Shown piece by piece: positions 1 to 8,898 of a DNA stretch of 16,333 nt (within the stretch, counting starts at the first letter, position 1; each line of letters begins with the position of its first letter). The notes under the pieces were generated by a model that saw only the letters and a list, made by a program, of their open reading frames with translations, searched no databases and was not told the DNA's origin. Both the position numbers and the translations under genes were made by a program. The DNA comes from an uncultured archaeon (GTDB lineage Archaea; Asgardarchaeota; Lokiarchaeia; Sigyniarchaeales; SOKP01), in assembly GCA_964388035.1 (NCBI GenBank), contig CAYLZE010000112.1:1-16333 (forward strand), given 5' to 3'.

Positions 1-47
1 TAAGAGAGAATTTTTAGAACATCTTTTCAAAGGACATTTAAAACGTC

Positions 48-1268
48 TTATCCCCATATTGCAATCGCTTTTGCTAGTTCATTATGGGTTTTTGCATACT
101 CTTTCAGAGAGATACCTTCATTGGTAGCATTTATTGCTTGCACAATGGCTTTAGCTCCTGCTTTTGTCCCATTTGGATGACCGTGGCATCCTCCTCCAAA
201 TTGAAAGACCATGTCTTTGCCCAAAATATTGATTAAATCCGGAATATTTGAGGGGCTTAATCCTCCAGAAGCTACAGGCAAGATGGGTTTAATCTTACCC
301 CATTCTTGATCGAGCATGGTGAGATTATCTCCCTTAATGTTTCGTTGGGAAATGCTTCTATTAATTTCCAACACTTCTTTTTTCCCACCTTCCATTTTGC
401 CCACCACAGTACCCGTATGCAATTGGTCCATGCCTAAGAGGCGCATGATCTTAGCCAGAGTTAGCATGCTTAACCCGTGTTTTTTATTCCGGGTTAAAGC
501 AGCATGCATGGCTCTATGGGCATGAATGACCACGTTTTTATCATCCAAGTAATCGCGCAACTCCTGTAAAGCTGAAAATCCGACGGTAAGAAAGTCCACC
601 ATGACATATTCTCCTCCATTATTGATGACAAAATCGGCTCTTTTTATCATGGTACTCATTTTAGCGGTAATATTTGGCATGTAAATCTTTTTCTCTCCCG
701 TCAAGTTTTCAATTTTGGCCCTCATATTTAGAGTTTCGATTATCCTGGGTTCAAAATTATTAAAACTCATGCTCGTAAGGTTTTCATCATCTTTGACAAG
801 ATCCAATCCCCCCTCCCACGCTTCTCCACATACGCGCGCGTGTTCCTTCTCGTTTAGTCCTACCTTGGGCTTTACAATGGTACCGAGAAGGGGTCTTTCA
901 TAAACATTTAGAATTTTTCTAATTCCTTCGATGCCAAATTTTGGTCCTTTATATGCATCCCTAATAACATCGGGGAATCGTACATCTAACAACCTCAAAT
1001 TATTCAATGCTTTCATGCCGAAAATATTTCCGGCGATTGCACTCAATATTTGGGACATGTTTTCGGCTTCAAAAAGTTCGTGCGTATATGCAATTTTAAT
1101 TATATTTTTTTCATGATCGATAGAAAAGACAGAAGGTTTTAATTTCTTAGCAATATCCGGAGACATGGTAGATAAATCCGTCCATGTTCCTATGGAACTT
1201 TCTTTCGCGATTTCCATGCAAGCAGTTTCCAAATTTTCACAAGATGGTGCTTTTTCCAAATAATACAT
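48..1268 (-). CDS. rbcL: Ribulose-1,5-bisphosphate carboxylase/oxygenase large subunit, archaeal form III type
   Basis: The 406-aa ORF carries the RuBisCO catalytic motifs GTIVKPKVGL, GGLDLVKDDENLTS (carbamylated Lys plus the D/E metal ligands), HAHRAMHAA, LHTGT..GKMEGG, ASGGL and FGGGCHGHPNG. It is collinear from memory with Thermococcus-type form III RbcL. The in-frame region upstream of the ATG (to 1328) still encodes the conserved N-terminus, so the true start may lie upstream (see findings). Confidence 0.9.
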   Translation of the reverse strand: MYYLEKAPSCENLETACMEIAKESSIGTWTDLSTMSPDIAKKLKPSVFSIDHEKNIIKIAYTHELFEAENMSQILSAIAGNIFGMKALNNLRLLDVRFPDVIRDAYKGPKFGIEGIRKILNVYERPLLGTIVKPKVGLNEKEHARVCGEAWEGGLDLVKDDENLTSMSFNNFEPRIIETLNMRAKIENLTGEKKIYMPNITAKMSTMIKRADFVINNGGEYVMVDFLTVGFSALQELRDYLDDKNVVIHAHRAMHAALTRNKKHGLSMLTLAKIMRLLGMDQLHTGTVVGKMEGGKKEVLEINRSISQRNIKGDNLTMLDQEWGKIKPILPVASGGLSPSNIPDLINILGKDMVFQFGGGCHGHPNGTKAGAKAIVQAINATNEGISLKEYAKTHNELAKAIAIWG

Positions 1269-1407
1269 TGCGATGAGATCGTTTTTATTTGGGACATATT
1301 CTAAATTAATATAGTCAGTCGCAGTAATTCACCTCTTTTTGAAATAAAAATCATAAAAAGACAAAAATTTTATGTAATCCTTAATTTGATTTTATAGTGA
1401 TGGAAGC

Positions 1408-1707
1408 ATGAGCATGATGGAAAAAAAATTGATCAAGGTAAATCTTAAAGATTTGATCTATAAAGGAGAGCAACACATTGAAGACCTTACTCGTTATTTA
1501 ACAGAAGCTTTGCCTCAAATTGAATTATCGCGAAATGGTAATGTATTAGAATTAAAGACGCCTAATTCCATGTCAAAAAGGGCAATAAAGCTGAGATTAA
1601 AAAAATTTCTTCATAAAAATAAACTTAAAGAAGAGCTCCGTCCTATTTCTTCCCAAGAAGGATACACCATTAAAGAGAAGAAAAGATTAGATTTCACATA
1701 TTATTAA
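1408..1707 (+). CDS. Ribosomal protein eL22 (L22e) homolog
   Basis: 99 aa. The C-terminal segment SKRAIKLRLKKFLHKNKLKEELRPISSQEGYTIKE aligns by eye with eukaryotic RPL22 [36 protein letters not shown], and size and basic composition fit. The match is from memory, not a search. Confidence 0.6.
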   Translation: MSMMEKKLIKVNLKDLIYKGEQHIEDLTRYLTEALPQIELSRNGNVLELKTPNSMSKRAIKLRLKKFLHKNKLKEELRPISSQEGYTIKEKKRLDFTYY

Positions 1708-1710
1708 GAG

Positions 1711-1716
1711 TTTTTT
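1711..1716 (+). terminator. Oligo-T tract (T6) just after the eL22-like stop codon; candidate archaeal intrinsic terminator
   Basis: A T6 run lies 4 nt downstream of the stop. Archaeal RNAP terminates at oligo-T tracts. Confidence 0.35.
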
Positions 1717-1758
1717 CTCATCAAAAAGAATTAAATTATTCTCAACCTTATTTTAACT

Positions 1759-2724
1759 GTGATTTTTGATTTCAAGCTCTCATTATCTTCATTTAATGAC
1801 GTGATGAGATGCATCAATTTAGCTAGCTTGTTAGAAGTTAGCGGCTGGCCTAAACCAGGAAATGTCCATCGAACAAAAAATTATAAAAATACAACATTTG
1901 AGCATTTTTTAGCCGGTATTGCCTCCCTTCAACCTTGTTTTTATAAGTTCTGCACCAATATCTCGGAATTATTAAAAAAGAAAGAACGGGATATGGGATT
2001 AATTAGTCTTGGGGATTTTTATAAGGATTCGGCAAAAGAAATGATGAAATGGCAGAATGGAGGTAATGTATTGTTTGGGCATATTCTAATATTATCCCCC
2101 TTGGTGGCCTCTACAATGATTTGCTTGCATTATAACAAAAGTGATTTTTCCTCCTTTTTAAATTATCTTAGGGAAGTTATAACAGGTGCAACGGTAGAAG
2201 ATACCATAAAACTTTATGAAGCAATACGTATTTGCAATCCTGGGGGGTTAGGAACGATTGAAAAATATGACATTAATGATCCGAGAGCCTTTCAGCAAAT
2301 TCGCCAAGATAGGATCACACTTTTAACCATATTTAAAAAATCCAGAGATTATGATCTGATCAGTTCTGAGTATGCGACTAATTTTGATATCATTCTCAAG
2401 GAGGGTCTACCCTATTATCTTGACAGCTTTAAAAAAACAGGAGATATTAATATTGCTACGGTAAATACTTATTTAAAATTGCTTTCGTTGCATCCCGATA
2501 CCTTAATAATTAGAAAATCTGGACTTGCCGCAGCAACGCATGTTTCTGAAAAAGTAAGAGAAATATTAAAATATGATGGGATCATTTCTGATAAAGGATT
2601 AAAACTTACTAAGAAACTTGATAAATATCTGCAAGCGAGGGAGGGAAAAATGAATCCAGGTACCACTGCAGATTTGATTACGGGCGTCATTTTTATGGCT
2701 CTTGTTAGTGGAATCCGTTTTTAG
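1759..2724 (+). CDS. CitG/MdcB-family protein (triphosphoribosyl-dephospho-CoA synthase-like), GTG start
   Basis: 321 aa. An N-terminal GWPKPGNVHR motif resembles the CitG KPGLVD motif, and a C-terminal NPGTTADLITG resembles the CitG GxSADLL motif. Length is typical for the family. The substrate cannot be inferred. Confidence 0.55.
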   Translation: MIFDFKLSLSSFNDVMRCINLASLLEVSGWPKPGNVHRTKNYKNTTFEHFLAGIASLQPCFYKFCTNISELLKKKERDMGLISLGDFYKDSAKEMMKWQNGGNVLFGHILILSPLVASTMICLHYNKSDFSSFLNYLREVITGATVEDTIKLYEAIRICNPGGLGTIEKYDINDPRAFQQIRQDRITLLTIFKKSRDYDLISSEYATNFDIILKEGLPYYLDSFKKTGDINIATVNTYLKLLSLHPDTLIIRKSGLAAATHVSEKVREILKYDGIISDKGLKLTKKLDKYLQAREGKMNPGTTADLITGVIFMALVSGIRF

Positions 2725-2797
2725 CATTTAAAGCGGAAAAATTTTTCTTATTGCAATTCTTCTATTAATATGGATCTCAGTATAAAAAAATCGAGGG

Positions 2798-3154
2798 ATG
2801 AGTCTGGTTAAATTTTGCGATTGCGGCGGTTTAATGCTTCCTACCGATATAGATGGAAAAAAAGTACTTAAATGCAAATGTGGACAAATTCAACCCTTGA
2901 ATGATGCTGAAAGCGATGCTTATAAATTAACCACAAAAGTGGAACATTCATTAAGAGAGGAACTCACAACTGCCTCTGAAATTTTAAAGTGGAAGGAAGA
3001 AAATCTGAAAAGTTGTATTAAAAATTTTAAATGTTATAAATGCGGATATGATAAATGTCAGTTAGAAACCCGTCAAACCCGTCGTGCCGATGAGGGAATG
3101 ACACATTTTATAATATGCCTTAAATGTGGCGCCATGAAAAAGGTGGGTAGCTAG
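2798..3154 (+). CDS. tfs: Transcription factor S (TFS) / RNA polymerase subunit M family
   Basis: 118 aa. It has an N-terminal Cys-ribbon (FCDCGGLMLP...LKCKCG). The C-terminal TFIIS-type zinc ribbon CYKCG...RQTRRADEGMTHFIICLKCG contains the QTR-x-ADE acidic hairpin. Confidence 0.8.
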   Translation: MSLVKFCDCGGLMLPTDIDGKKVLKCKCGQIQPLNDAESDAYKLTTKVEHSLREELTTASEILKWKEENLKSCIKNFKCYKCGYDKCQLETRQTRRADEGMTHFIICLKCGAMKKVGS

Positions 3155-3444
3155 CGTAATTTGTTTACTATCTGTTCTATAGACAATTTTTCCTTAAATA
3201 CAAGACTTATTATTTTATCATGAGATTTTAGGCCAGATAATAATTGAATTTGATCGGTTTCTGGTCCGAATTTCTTTTTGAGAAGCTTTAGGAGTTCCTT
3301 ATTTGCTTTATTTTTTGTTGGAGGGGAAGTTAATGTTATTCGTACGGAATTTTCCTCAAAATTTATAGTTTGCTTTTTTGAGTTAGGAATCACGATTACA
3401 TTTAACAAAAATTCTTTCTCGGAATTTTTTTTAAGAAAATTCAT
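3151..3444 (-). CDS. DUF167 (YggU-like) family protein
   Basis: 97 aa. The segment VIPNSKK...ITLTSPPTKNKANKELLKLLKKKFG matches the DUF167 signature (V-P-x-(A/S)-K ... APP-x-x-G-K-AN-x-x-L). It lies immediately downstream of the DHH gene on the same strand. Confidence 0.6.
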   Translation of the reverse strand: MNFLKKNSEKEFLLNVIVIPNSKKQTINFEENSVRITLTSPPTKNKANKELLKLLKKKFGPETDQIQLLSGLKSHDKIISLVFKEKLSIEQIVNKLR

Positions 3445-3465
3445 GTGATTTCCATTCTTAAGAAT

Positions 3466-4854
3466 TTAGATGTAATCATCGACTTGAGCTTTTAACCTAT
3501 TGTATGAAGGAATGGACAAGCGAATTCCTCCTGCCAACTTATGGCCACCTCCAATTCCTCCAAATTCTTCCCTAATTCTGCTAATAATGTGATTGACGCC
3601 GATCCCATTGTTCTGGGTTAAAAATTTCCGTGAACACCGAACACTCAATTTAATCATGTGATTTTTCTTTTCTTCTCCACCTAAAAAAAGAATTTTATAG
3701 GGATCTAAAATTTCGTTTACCGAGCTAAAACTCGTGGTATCAGACCAATTACTTGGGGGTATCTTCCCTTCCACTTCAATAAAAATAGCTTTTTTCGTTT
3801 CAGTTCGATGAAGATGAGTTAAATTTTTAAGGTTTTGGGCTAAGTTAGAAACGTATTCAACATATAAAATCTTAGCAGAGCGCGTGATAGATTTTTGTCT
3901 TGTAATTGATATTGCGGCACTTATATTTTTAAAGCATAAAATATTAAGCAAGAGGGCATGCTCAAAAGCAAAGCTCAATAACCCATTCTTTTTAGGTAAA
4001 ATACAAAAATGACCTTGATTATTAATACAAGCTTCTTGTTGTATCTTTTCGATTTCATCAGAAGTTAAGTTTATAACCTTTTTATTGGGGTCGATATTGA
4101 TATTATTCAAGAAATTCTTAATTATATTATCATCTTGCCCCCCTAAACCATCTATAAAAGGTAAAATACAATATTTTAATCCATTTTTAATAGTTTCGTG
4201 CATTCCCCCAAATAATATTAATCCTTCCTCGTCAATTATCACTTCTTCATTGATTAATTCTTCATATACGTCCCGATTAAAAGATTCAAGCTTATCCATG
4301 GGCCTAAGCGAATCTCCAGCGATTCCAATGGCAGCTAGCCAGCCTTGATTGATGATGGTGGAATTTATTTTCTTTGCAAATAAATATGCAAGGGTAGCTC
4401 CTGCAATATGATCCAAACCATCGAATCCATATAAGGATGGATTCAAAAAATGTAAATTTTCCGGGAATTCCCATTGTTCATCATAGGCTTCCACCTCGTG
4501 ATGATCAAGAATAAAATAATGTTCTTTACGTCCATCTTTAATAATAGGAACCAGTTCTTGAAGATTAGAGCCAACGTCCGTGAAAAATAGAGCGGTTTTT
4601 GTCGCTTTCTTGGTGTCTTTTTTAGGAAGAATTCCTTTTAAATAATCTGCCCAACTCACGGATCTATTGTAAATGAAATAATCAAACTCTAAATTCATTT
4701 TATATAATAAGTTTTGAATAATGTGTAAGCTGGAAATTCCATCAGCATCGTTATGGCTAATTAGTATAACATTATTGAATGAATTTTCACTAAATTCATT
4801 CACAATATTATCAAGCTCTGCTAAAAATCTATTTCGGTCTGGTGTTAAAGACAT
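3466..4854 (-). CDS. DHH/DHHA1 family phosphoesterase, archaeal RecJ/GAN(Cdc45)-like
   Basis: 462 aa. DHH motifs are present: ILISHNDADGISS, FFTDVGS, FILDHH. The C-terminal DHHA1 motif is GGIGGGHKLAGG. Confidence 0.75.
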   Translation of the reverse strand: MSLTPDRNRFLAELDNIVNEFSENSFNNVILISHNDADGISSLHIIQNLLYKMNLEFDYFIYNRSVSWADYLKGILPKKDTKKATKTALFFTDVGSNLQELVPIIKDGRKEHYFILDHHEVEAYDEQWEFPENLHFLNPSLYGFDGLDHIAGATLAYLFAKKINSTIINQGWLAAIGIAGDSLRPMDKLESFNRDVYEELINEEVIIDEEGLILFGGMHETIKNGLKYCILPFIDGLGGQDDNIIKNFLNNINIDPNKKVINLTSDEIEKIQQEACINNQGHFCILPKKNGLLSFAFEHALLLNILCFKNISAAISITRQKSITRSAKILYVEYVSNLAQNLKNLTHLHRTETKKAIFIEVEGKIPPSNWSDTTSFSSVNEILDPYKILFLGGEEKKNHMIKLSVRCSRKFLTQNNGIGVNHIISRIREEFGGIGGGHKLAGGIRLSIPSYNRLKAQVDDYI

Positions 4855-5065
4855 TAAAATCTCTTAATTATTATATTATTGGAAGAATGAATTTCAAAAT
4901 AAATGGAATCATATCACACAAATAATTATAATTTATATAATAAATTACTAATTAACTTTTTTTTCAAAAAAATAAAAAAGAGAACAAAAATTAAAATCAA
5001 ATTATTAATTATTTATCTAAAAAAGTATTTTTAGGCTTCGAAAAATCAAGTAGGATATAAAGAGA

Positions 5066-6799
5066 ATGAAAAGACAGCGCTTTATTAAATATTTTATTCT
5101 CATTCTGATAGGTATCTGCATTTTCACTTCTTTTTTTAATTATTCTCATTCTCTTTATGCGAAGATGGATACTGAAACAGCGAATTCCAATGGACCTAAC
5201 GATCTAAATCAATTGGAGACTCAAGTTAGTTCTCTTAATAATTATAAACCTGTTATTGAAGATCAAACATATGGATTAGGTAGTATTTTGGTTACTAATG
5301 TTTTATTTAATGAGTCTGGATTCCTTAACTTTTCAACTCAATATCCGGAATACAATAAGGATTTAGCAGGTAATGGCTTGAATGTAAGTTATAGAAATAT
5401 TGAATTCGTTAACACGATAAAAGAAGCTCAACTGGATCTATTTAAAGAAACCCCCGAAGACTATAATATCATCACAATTCAATTAAATGAGACTTTAGAT
5501 GTTCATTATAATAGTTCTATTGATTATTTGGAAGGGGTGTTAATTTATGCTCCTAGACTGTATCCTTGCCTTTTAAATCGATTATATGTCCATAATGCTT
5601 CTTCACCAATAAGAGAAGTTCAGAGTGGGAATTATTCAATTGATGCTAATAATAATGTTGTTTTTGATTATGCAAGTTTTTTTAATGGAGCAGAAGCAGC
5701 AGATTTCAAGCTTTATTTCATTTGGAAATACAATATCACGATTACAAATTGGGCAATGGAACAAATTAAACAAGATAATTTAATTATGACCCGGGCAACC
5801 CAAAATATAACGGGAACTTTTCATTATCTTTTTAATGTCCAAGGGCAAAAATTAGAAGGAAATGCATTAATTGGTACTTATCCTTATGAAGATATGCAAA
5901 TTGGGGCAGCAGATTTAAATGTGTCCTTGAAAATATACCTTCCGGATAAAGAATTATTAACCGATTTTGTTTTCAATGAATTAGGACGAGTAGGAAAGAA
6001 CAACATCACCTATGTTTCTTTCTCGGTAAATAACAGTTTATTTGATTTGGACTTTGATGCACCTTTTGCAGTTGATTTTGTTGAACCTGTTAATGTTACA
6101 TGGGCTGTTGATAGACTAGCTCAGGATGTAAATTATCGGGAGAGAATTTATTTGCCTTCTATAATATGGGGTCCAAAGCAAATTTTTTTAAAATATGTAA
6201 GAATTGAAGAAAAAACGATTAGTAAGGATCAAGTTATCGATATCGAATCCCAATTTGGAAGAACCGTGGACTATATTGAAAAGAATTTCACGCAAGTTCA
6301 AGAAGCGGAGTCAGATAGTTTAGTATTTACTGAAAAAGTTATTCAACAGAATGGGTTAGAAATTGTTCTTCCTTACATTATTTTCAATGAGACTTGTCCA
6401 TTTATCATCAAATATAAGCCTTCAGAAAATTTACGCGTGATTATTACTGATGCTATTAAGATGCCTCTTAGAAACACGGTGGTTAAGATTGAATATTATG
6501 GAATCCAGTATGGTACTTATATCTCGAAAAAACAAGTACAACCTGTAGCCGATACTCAAACGAATGCAAATGGTGAAATTCTCATAACAAATGTTCCAAA
6601 TGGAGATTACATGTTAATTGTATATCAAGATGGAAAAGTAGCTCAAGCAACTAATGTAATGGCATATAAACAAATTAATTACGTAATTACCACGCAACCA
6701 CATGTTCCTTTAGTACTCATGGGATTTCTCATTCCAAGTGCCATCTTTTTCTTTTTGGGTGTTTTAATCTATCTTCATAATATTAGGAGGAAGGGATAA
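5066..6799 (+). CDS. Membrane-anchored, N-glycosylation-sequon-rich surface protein with a CarboxypepD_reg-like beta-sandwich; function unknown
   Basis: 577 aa. There is an N-terminal hydrophobic signal/anchor (FIKYFILILIGICIFTSFF) and more than 15 N-x-S/T sequons. A TNANGEILITNVPNGDYMLIVYQDG motif is typical of carboxypeptidase-regulatory-like domains. The C-terminus is a TM helix plus basic tail (LVLMGFLIPSAIFFFLGVLIYLHNIRRKG). Confidence 0.6.
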   Translation: MKRQRFIKYFILILIGICIFTSFFNYSHSLYAKMDTETANSNGPNDLNQLETQVSSLNNYKPVIEDQTYGLGSILVTNVLFNESGFLNFSTQYPEYNKDLAGNGLNVSYRNIEFVNTIKEAQLDLFKETPEDYNIITIQLNETLDVHYNSSIDYLEGVLIYAPRLYPCLLNRLYVHNASSPIREVQSGNYSIDANNNVVFDYASFFNGAEAADFKLYFIWKYNITITNWAMEQIKQDNLIMTRATQNITGTFHYLFNVQGQKLEGNALIGTYPYEDMQIGAADLNVSLKIYLPDKELLTDFVFNELGRVGKNNITYVSFSVNNSLFDLDFDAPFAVDFVEPVNVTWAVDRLAQDVNYRERIYLPSIIWGPKQIFLKYVRIEEKTISKDQVIDIESQFGRTVDYIEKNFTQVQEAESDSLVFTEKVIQQNGLEIVLPYIIFNETCPFIIKYKPSENLRVIITDAIKMPLRNTVVKIEYYGIQYGTYISKKQVQPVADTQTNANGEILITNVPNGDYMLIVYQDGKVAQATNVMAYKQINYVITTQPHVPLVLMGFLIPSAIFFFLGVLIYLHNIRRKG

Positions 6800-6804
6800 G
6801 CTCC

Positions 6805-7122
6805 TTGATCGTGCTATTTATTGATAATTTGGAGGACTTTTTAAATTTTTTAGGGAAACGACTCATTGACGAAGTTTTTTATGAATATAAAGAATCTACC
6901 AGCTCAGAATTATCCAATTTGGGCAATGTAGAGATAATATTACATTTTCTTTCCAAAATTGAGAATTCCATTGTTCTTTATGAAACTAAAGTTCTTTTAG
7001 ATAATTTAAATACCACAAATATTGATAAACAAGTTTTTGCTAAGTTAAAGGACGTGTTTAACAAGTTTGAAATTAAATTAATAAAAGGAAAGATAAGAGA
7101 AATCTTTCTATCTTATTCATAA
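6805..7122 (+). CDS. Hypothetical protein (TTG start); no recognisable motif
   Basis: This 105-aa ORF starts 6 nt after the preceding gene on the same strand. Codon usage resembles its neighbours. No family assignment is possible by eye. Confidence 0.4.
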   Translation: MIVLFIDNLEDFLNFLGKRLIDEVFYEYKESTSSELSNLGNVEIILHFLSKIENSIVLYETKVLLDNLNTTNIDKQVFAKLKDVFNKFEIKLIKGKIREIFLSYS

Positions 7123-7200
7123 TAAGATCAGAAAAATTGTAATAACAATAAGATAAGAATTCTTTTAAAAACAGAAATAGACAATAAGCTCTTAGAAATC

Positions 7201-8748
7201 TTAACTTTTCTGTTCATTCTGTTCTATACCATATCCAATTAAGCGATATCTTTGATTAATTATTCTGGAAATGGCATATATGAAATTCTCCGGGGGACAA
7301 ATAGGAGGATTCAATTTTATCACGTAAGAATCTTTAAGAATTTTAGTCACGATACCTCCGGTCTTTTCAGTGCCTACCACTAGTAGGAGTCTTTCATTAT
7401 GCTTGAGGGGTTGAACCTTTATCTGTAACTCGGAACCAATCACTCTCTGGAATAATTTTACCTTCAGTTTCACCTCATCTTTAATTTCTGGCAAGCTGTC
7501 GATTTTTCCCACCAAATTTCCACTCAATGAATCTCCTTTTGTTAAGGAAGGATCTAATTTCGTTCCAATTCCTATTAATCCGCCTGGTTTAGCTAATTCC
7601 AATAGATTTTTTCCTTGACTAATGCTCGTCACGACGGTTTTTATCGATTCATACTTCTCCTTTATCCGCAAACCGGGTCGAATTTCTATTTCCTCTCCCA
7701 CTGACACCGTGCCTTTTAAAACAGATCCCCCCACTACGCCTCCTTTTAAATTATCAATAGATGTTCCGGGGCGATTTATATCAAAGGATCGTGCTACTAA
7801 AAATTGAAACTCCTCATTTTCGTCTAATTCGGGGGTAGGAATCACTTCTTCAAAAGCTCGTACTACTAATTCAATATTTGCACCAAAAACTGCAGATACA
7901 GGAATGATGGGGGCATTTTCTGCGACAGTTCCCTTGACAAATTCTTTAATTTGATCACGATTCTTTAATGCTTGTTCCTTTGATACAGCATCAATTTTAT
8001 TTTGAATAATAATAATTTTATCAATATTTGCAATGTTGAGGGCTGCTAAATGTTCTCTGGTCTGAGGTTGGGGGCAATCTTCATCTGCAGCAATTAATAA
8101 ACAAGCTCCATCCATTAAAGAGGCTCCGCTTAACATGGTAGCCATTAATATCTCATGTCCAGGAGAATCTACAAAAGAAATATTCCTTCTAAATTCTAAC
8201 TCCTTTCCACATTTAGGACAATTATATCGGGGTTGTCCTTTTTCTCTATCTTTTTCCACCATATAATCCGTGAGATAGAGATCACAAGTAGGACAATATA
8301 GAATGGTAGAATTGGAATACCCTAATTTGATTGAGATCCCACGTTCTTGTTCTTCCGAATGTCTATCCGTCCAATCTCCCGTCAATGCTTTAACTAAGGT
8401 TGTTTTTCCATGATCTACATGTCCAACAAGACCTATATTACATTCCGCCTGAATCTTCATTAACTCCTTGATATTTGATGACGATTTTTTCTTTTTGGGC
8501 TCTTGTTCAGCGGTTTTTTCTGTTTTCTCTTCCGATTTTTTTACTGCTGGATAAGCCTCTATTTCTTTCATGTAAGCTTTTGCATTCTCAATATATTTTG
8601 ATGCACTAGATTCTCCAATTCCTTTTATTTTTAAAAGGTCCTCGAGCTCCACTGAAGCTAAATCTTCAATAGTTTTAATTCCCGCCCCTTTCAAAATCTG
8701 TGCTGTTTTCTTTCCGATACCGCTTAATTCTTCTAATCCGTTTACCAT
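7201..8748 (-). CDS. eif2g: Translation initiation factor aIF2 gamma subunit with an N-terminal (HhH)2 extension
   Basis: 515 aa. The G domain shows NIGLVGHVDHGKTTL, SFVDSPGHE and IIQNKID. The aIF2-gamma zinc knuckle is CPTCD...CPKCG, followed by domains II and III. Residues 1-60 form two helix-hairpin-helix repeats (LSGIGKKTAQILKGAGIKTIEDL / LLKIKGIGESSASKYIENAKA). A Lys/Glu-rich linker then runs to about residue 96. Confidence 0.9.
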   Translation of the reverse strand: MVNGLEELSGIGKKTAQILKGAGIKTIEDLASVELEDLLKIKGIGESSASKYIENAKAYMKEIEAYPAVKKSEEKTEKTAEQEPKKKKSSSNIKELMKIQAECNIGLVGHVDHGKTTLVKALTGDWTDRHSEEQERGISIKLGYSNSTILYCPTCDLYLTDYMVEKDREKGQPRYNCPKCGKELEFRRNISFVDSPGHEILMATMLSGASLMDGACLLIAADEDCPQPQTREHLAALNIANIDKIIIIQNKIDAVSKEQALKNRDQIKEFVKGTVAENAPIIPVSAVFGANIELVVRAFEEVIPTPELDENEEFQFLVARSFDINRPGTSIDNLKGGVVGGSVLKGTVSVGEEIEIRPGLRIKEKYESIKTVVTSISQGKNLLELAKPGGLIGIGTKLDPSLTKGDSLSGNLVGKIDSLPEIKDEVKLKVKLFQRVIGSELQIKVQPLKHNERLLLVVGTEKTGGIVTKILKDSYVIKLNPPICPPENFIYAISRIINQRYRLIGYGIEQNEQKS

Positions 8749-8898
8749 TCTATTTTTTATTTCTTGTTTTAATTATAAAAATGATAAATTACCGTATTTC
8801 CCTATCTTAAATTAAGAATGTATTTTTTATTAATTTATTTATAAATAAAAAGCTTTTCTGTAAAGTATATTAGATCTATAAAGCAAAATTATAGTGAC

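Noticed and set aside
316-1116. Three plus-strand ORFs (316-525, 715-903, 931-1116) inside the RuBisCO gene
   Set aside because: They are antisense to a strongly supported CDS and low-complexity or hydrophobic. They are typical shadow ORFs.
48-1268. RuBisCO-like protein (form IV, non-carboxylating) as an alternative call
   Set aside because: The KPK, KDDE, HxHRAMH, GKxEG and GGG-x-x-GHP catalytic/substrate motifs are all intact. Form IV RLPs characteristically lose several of these.
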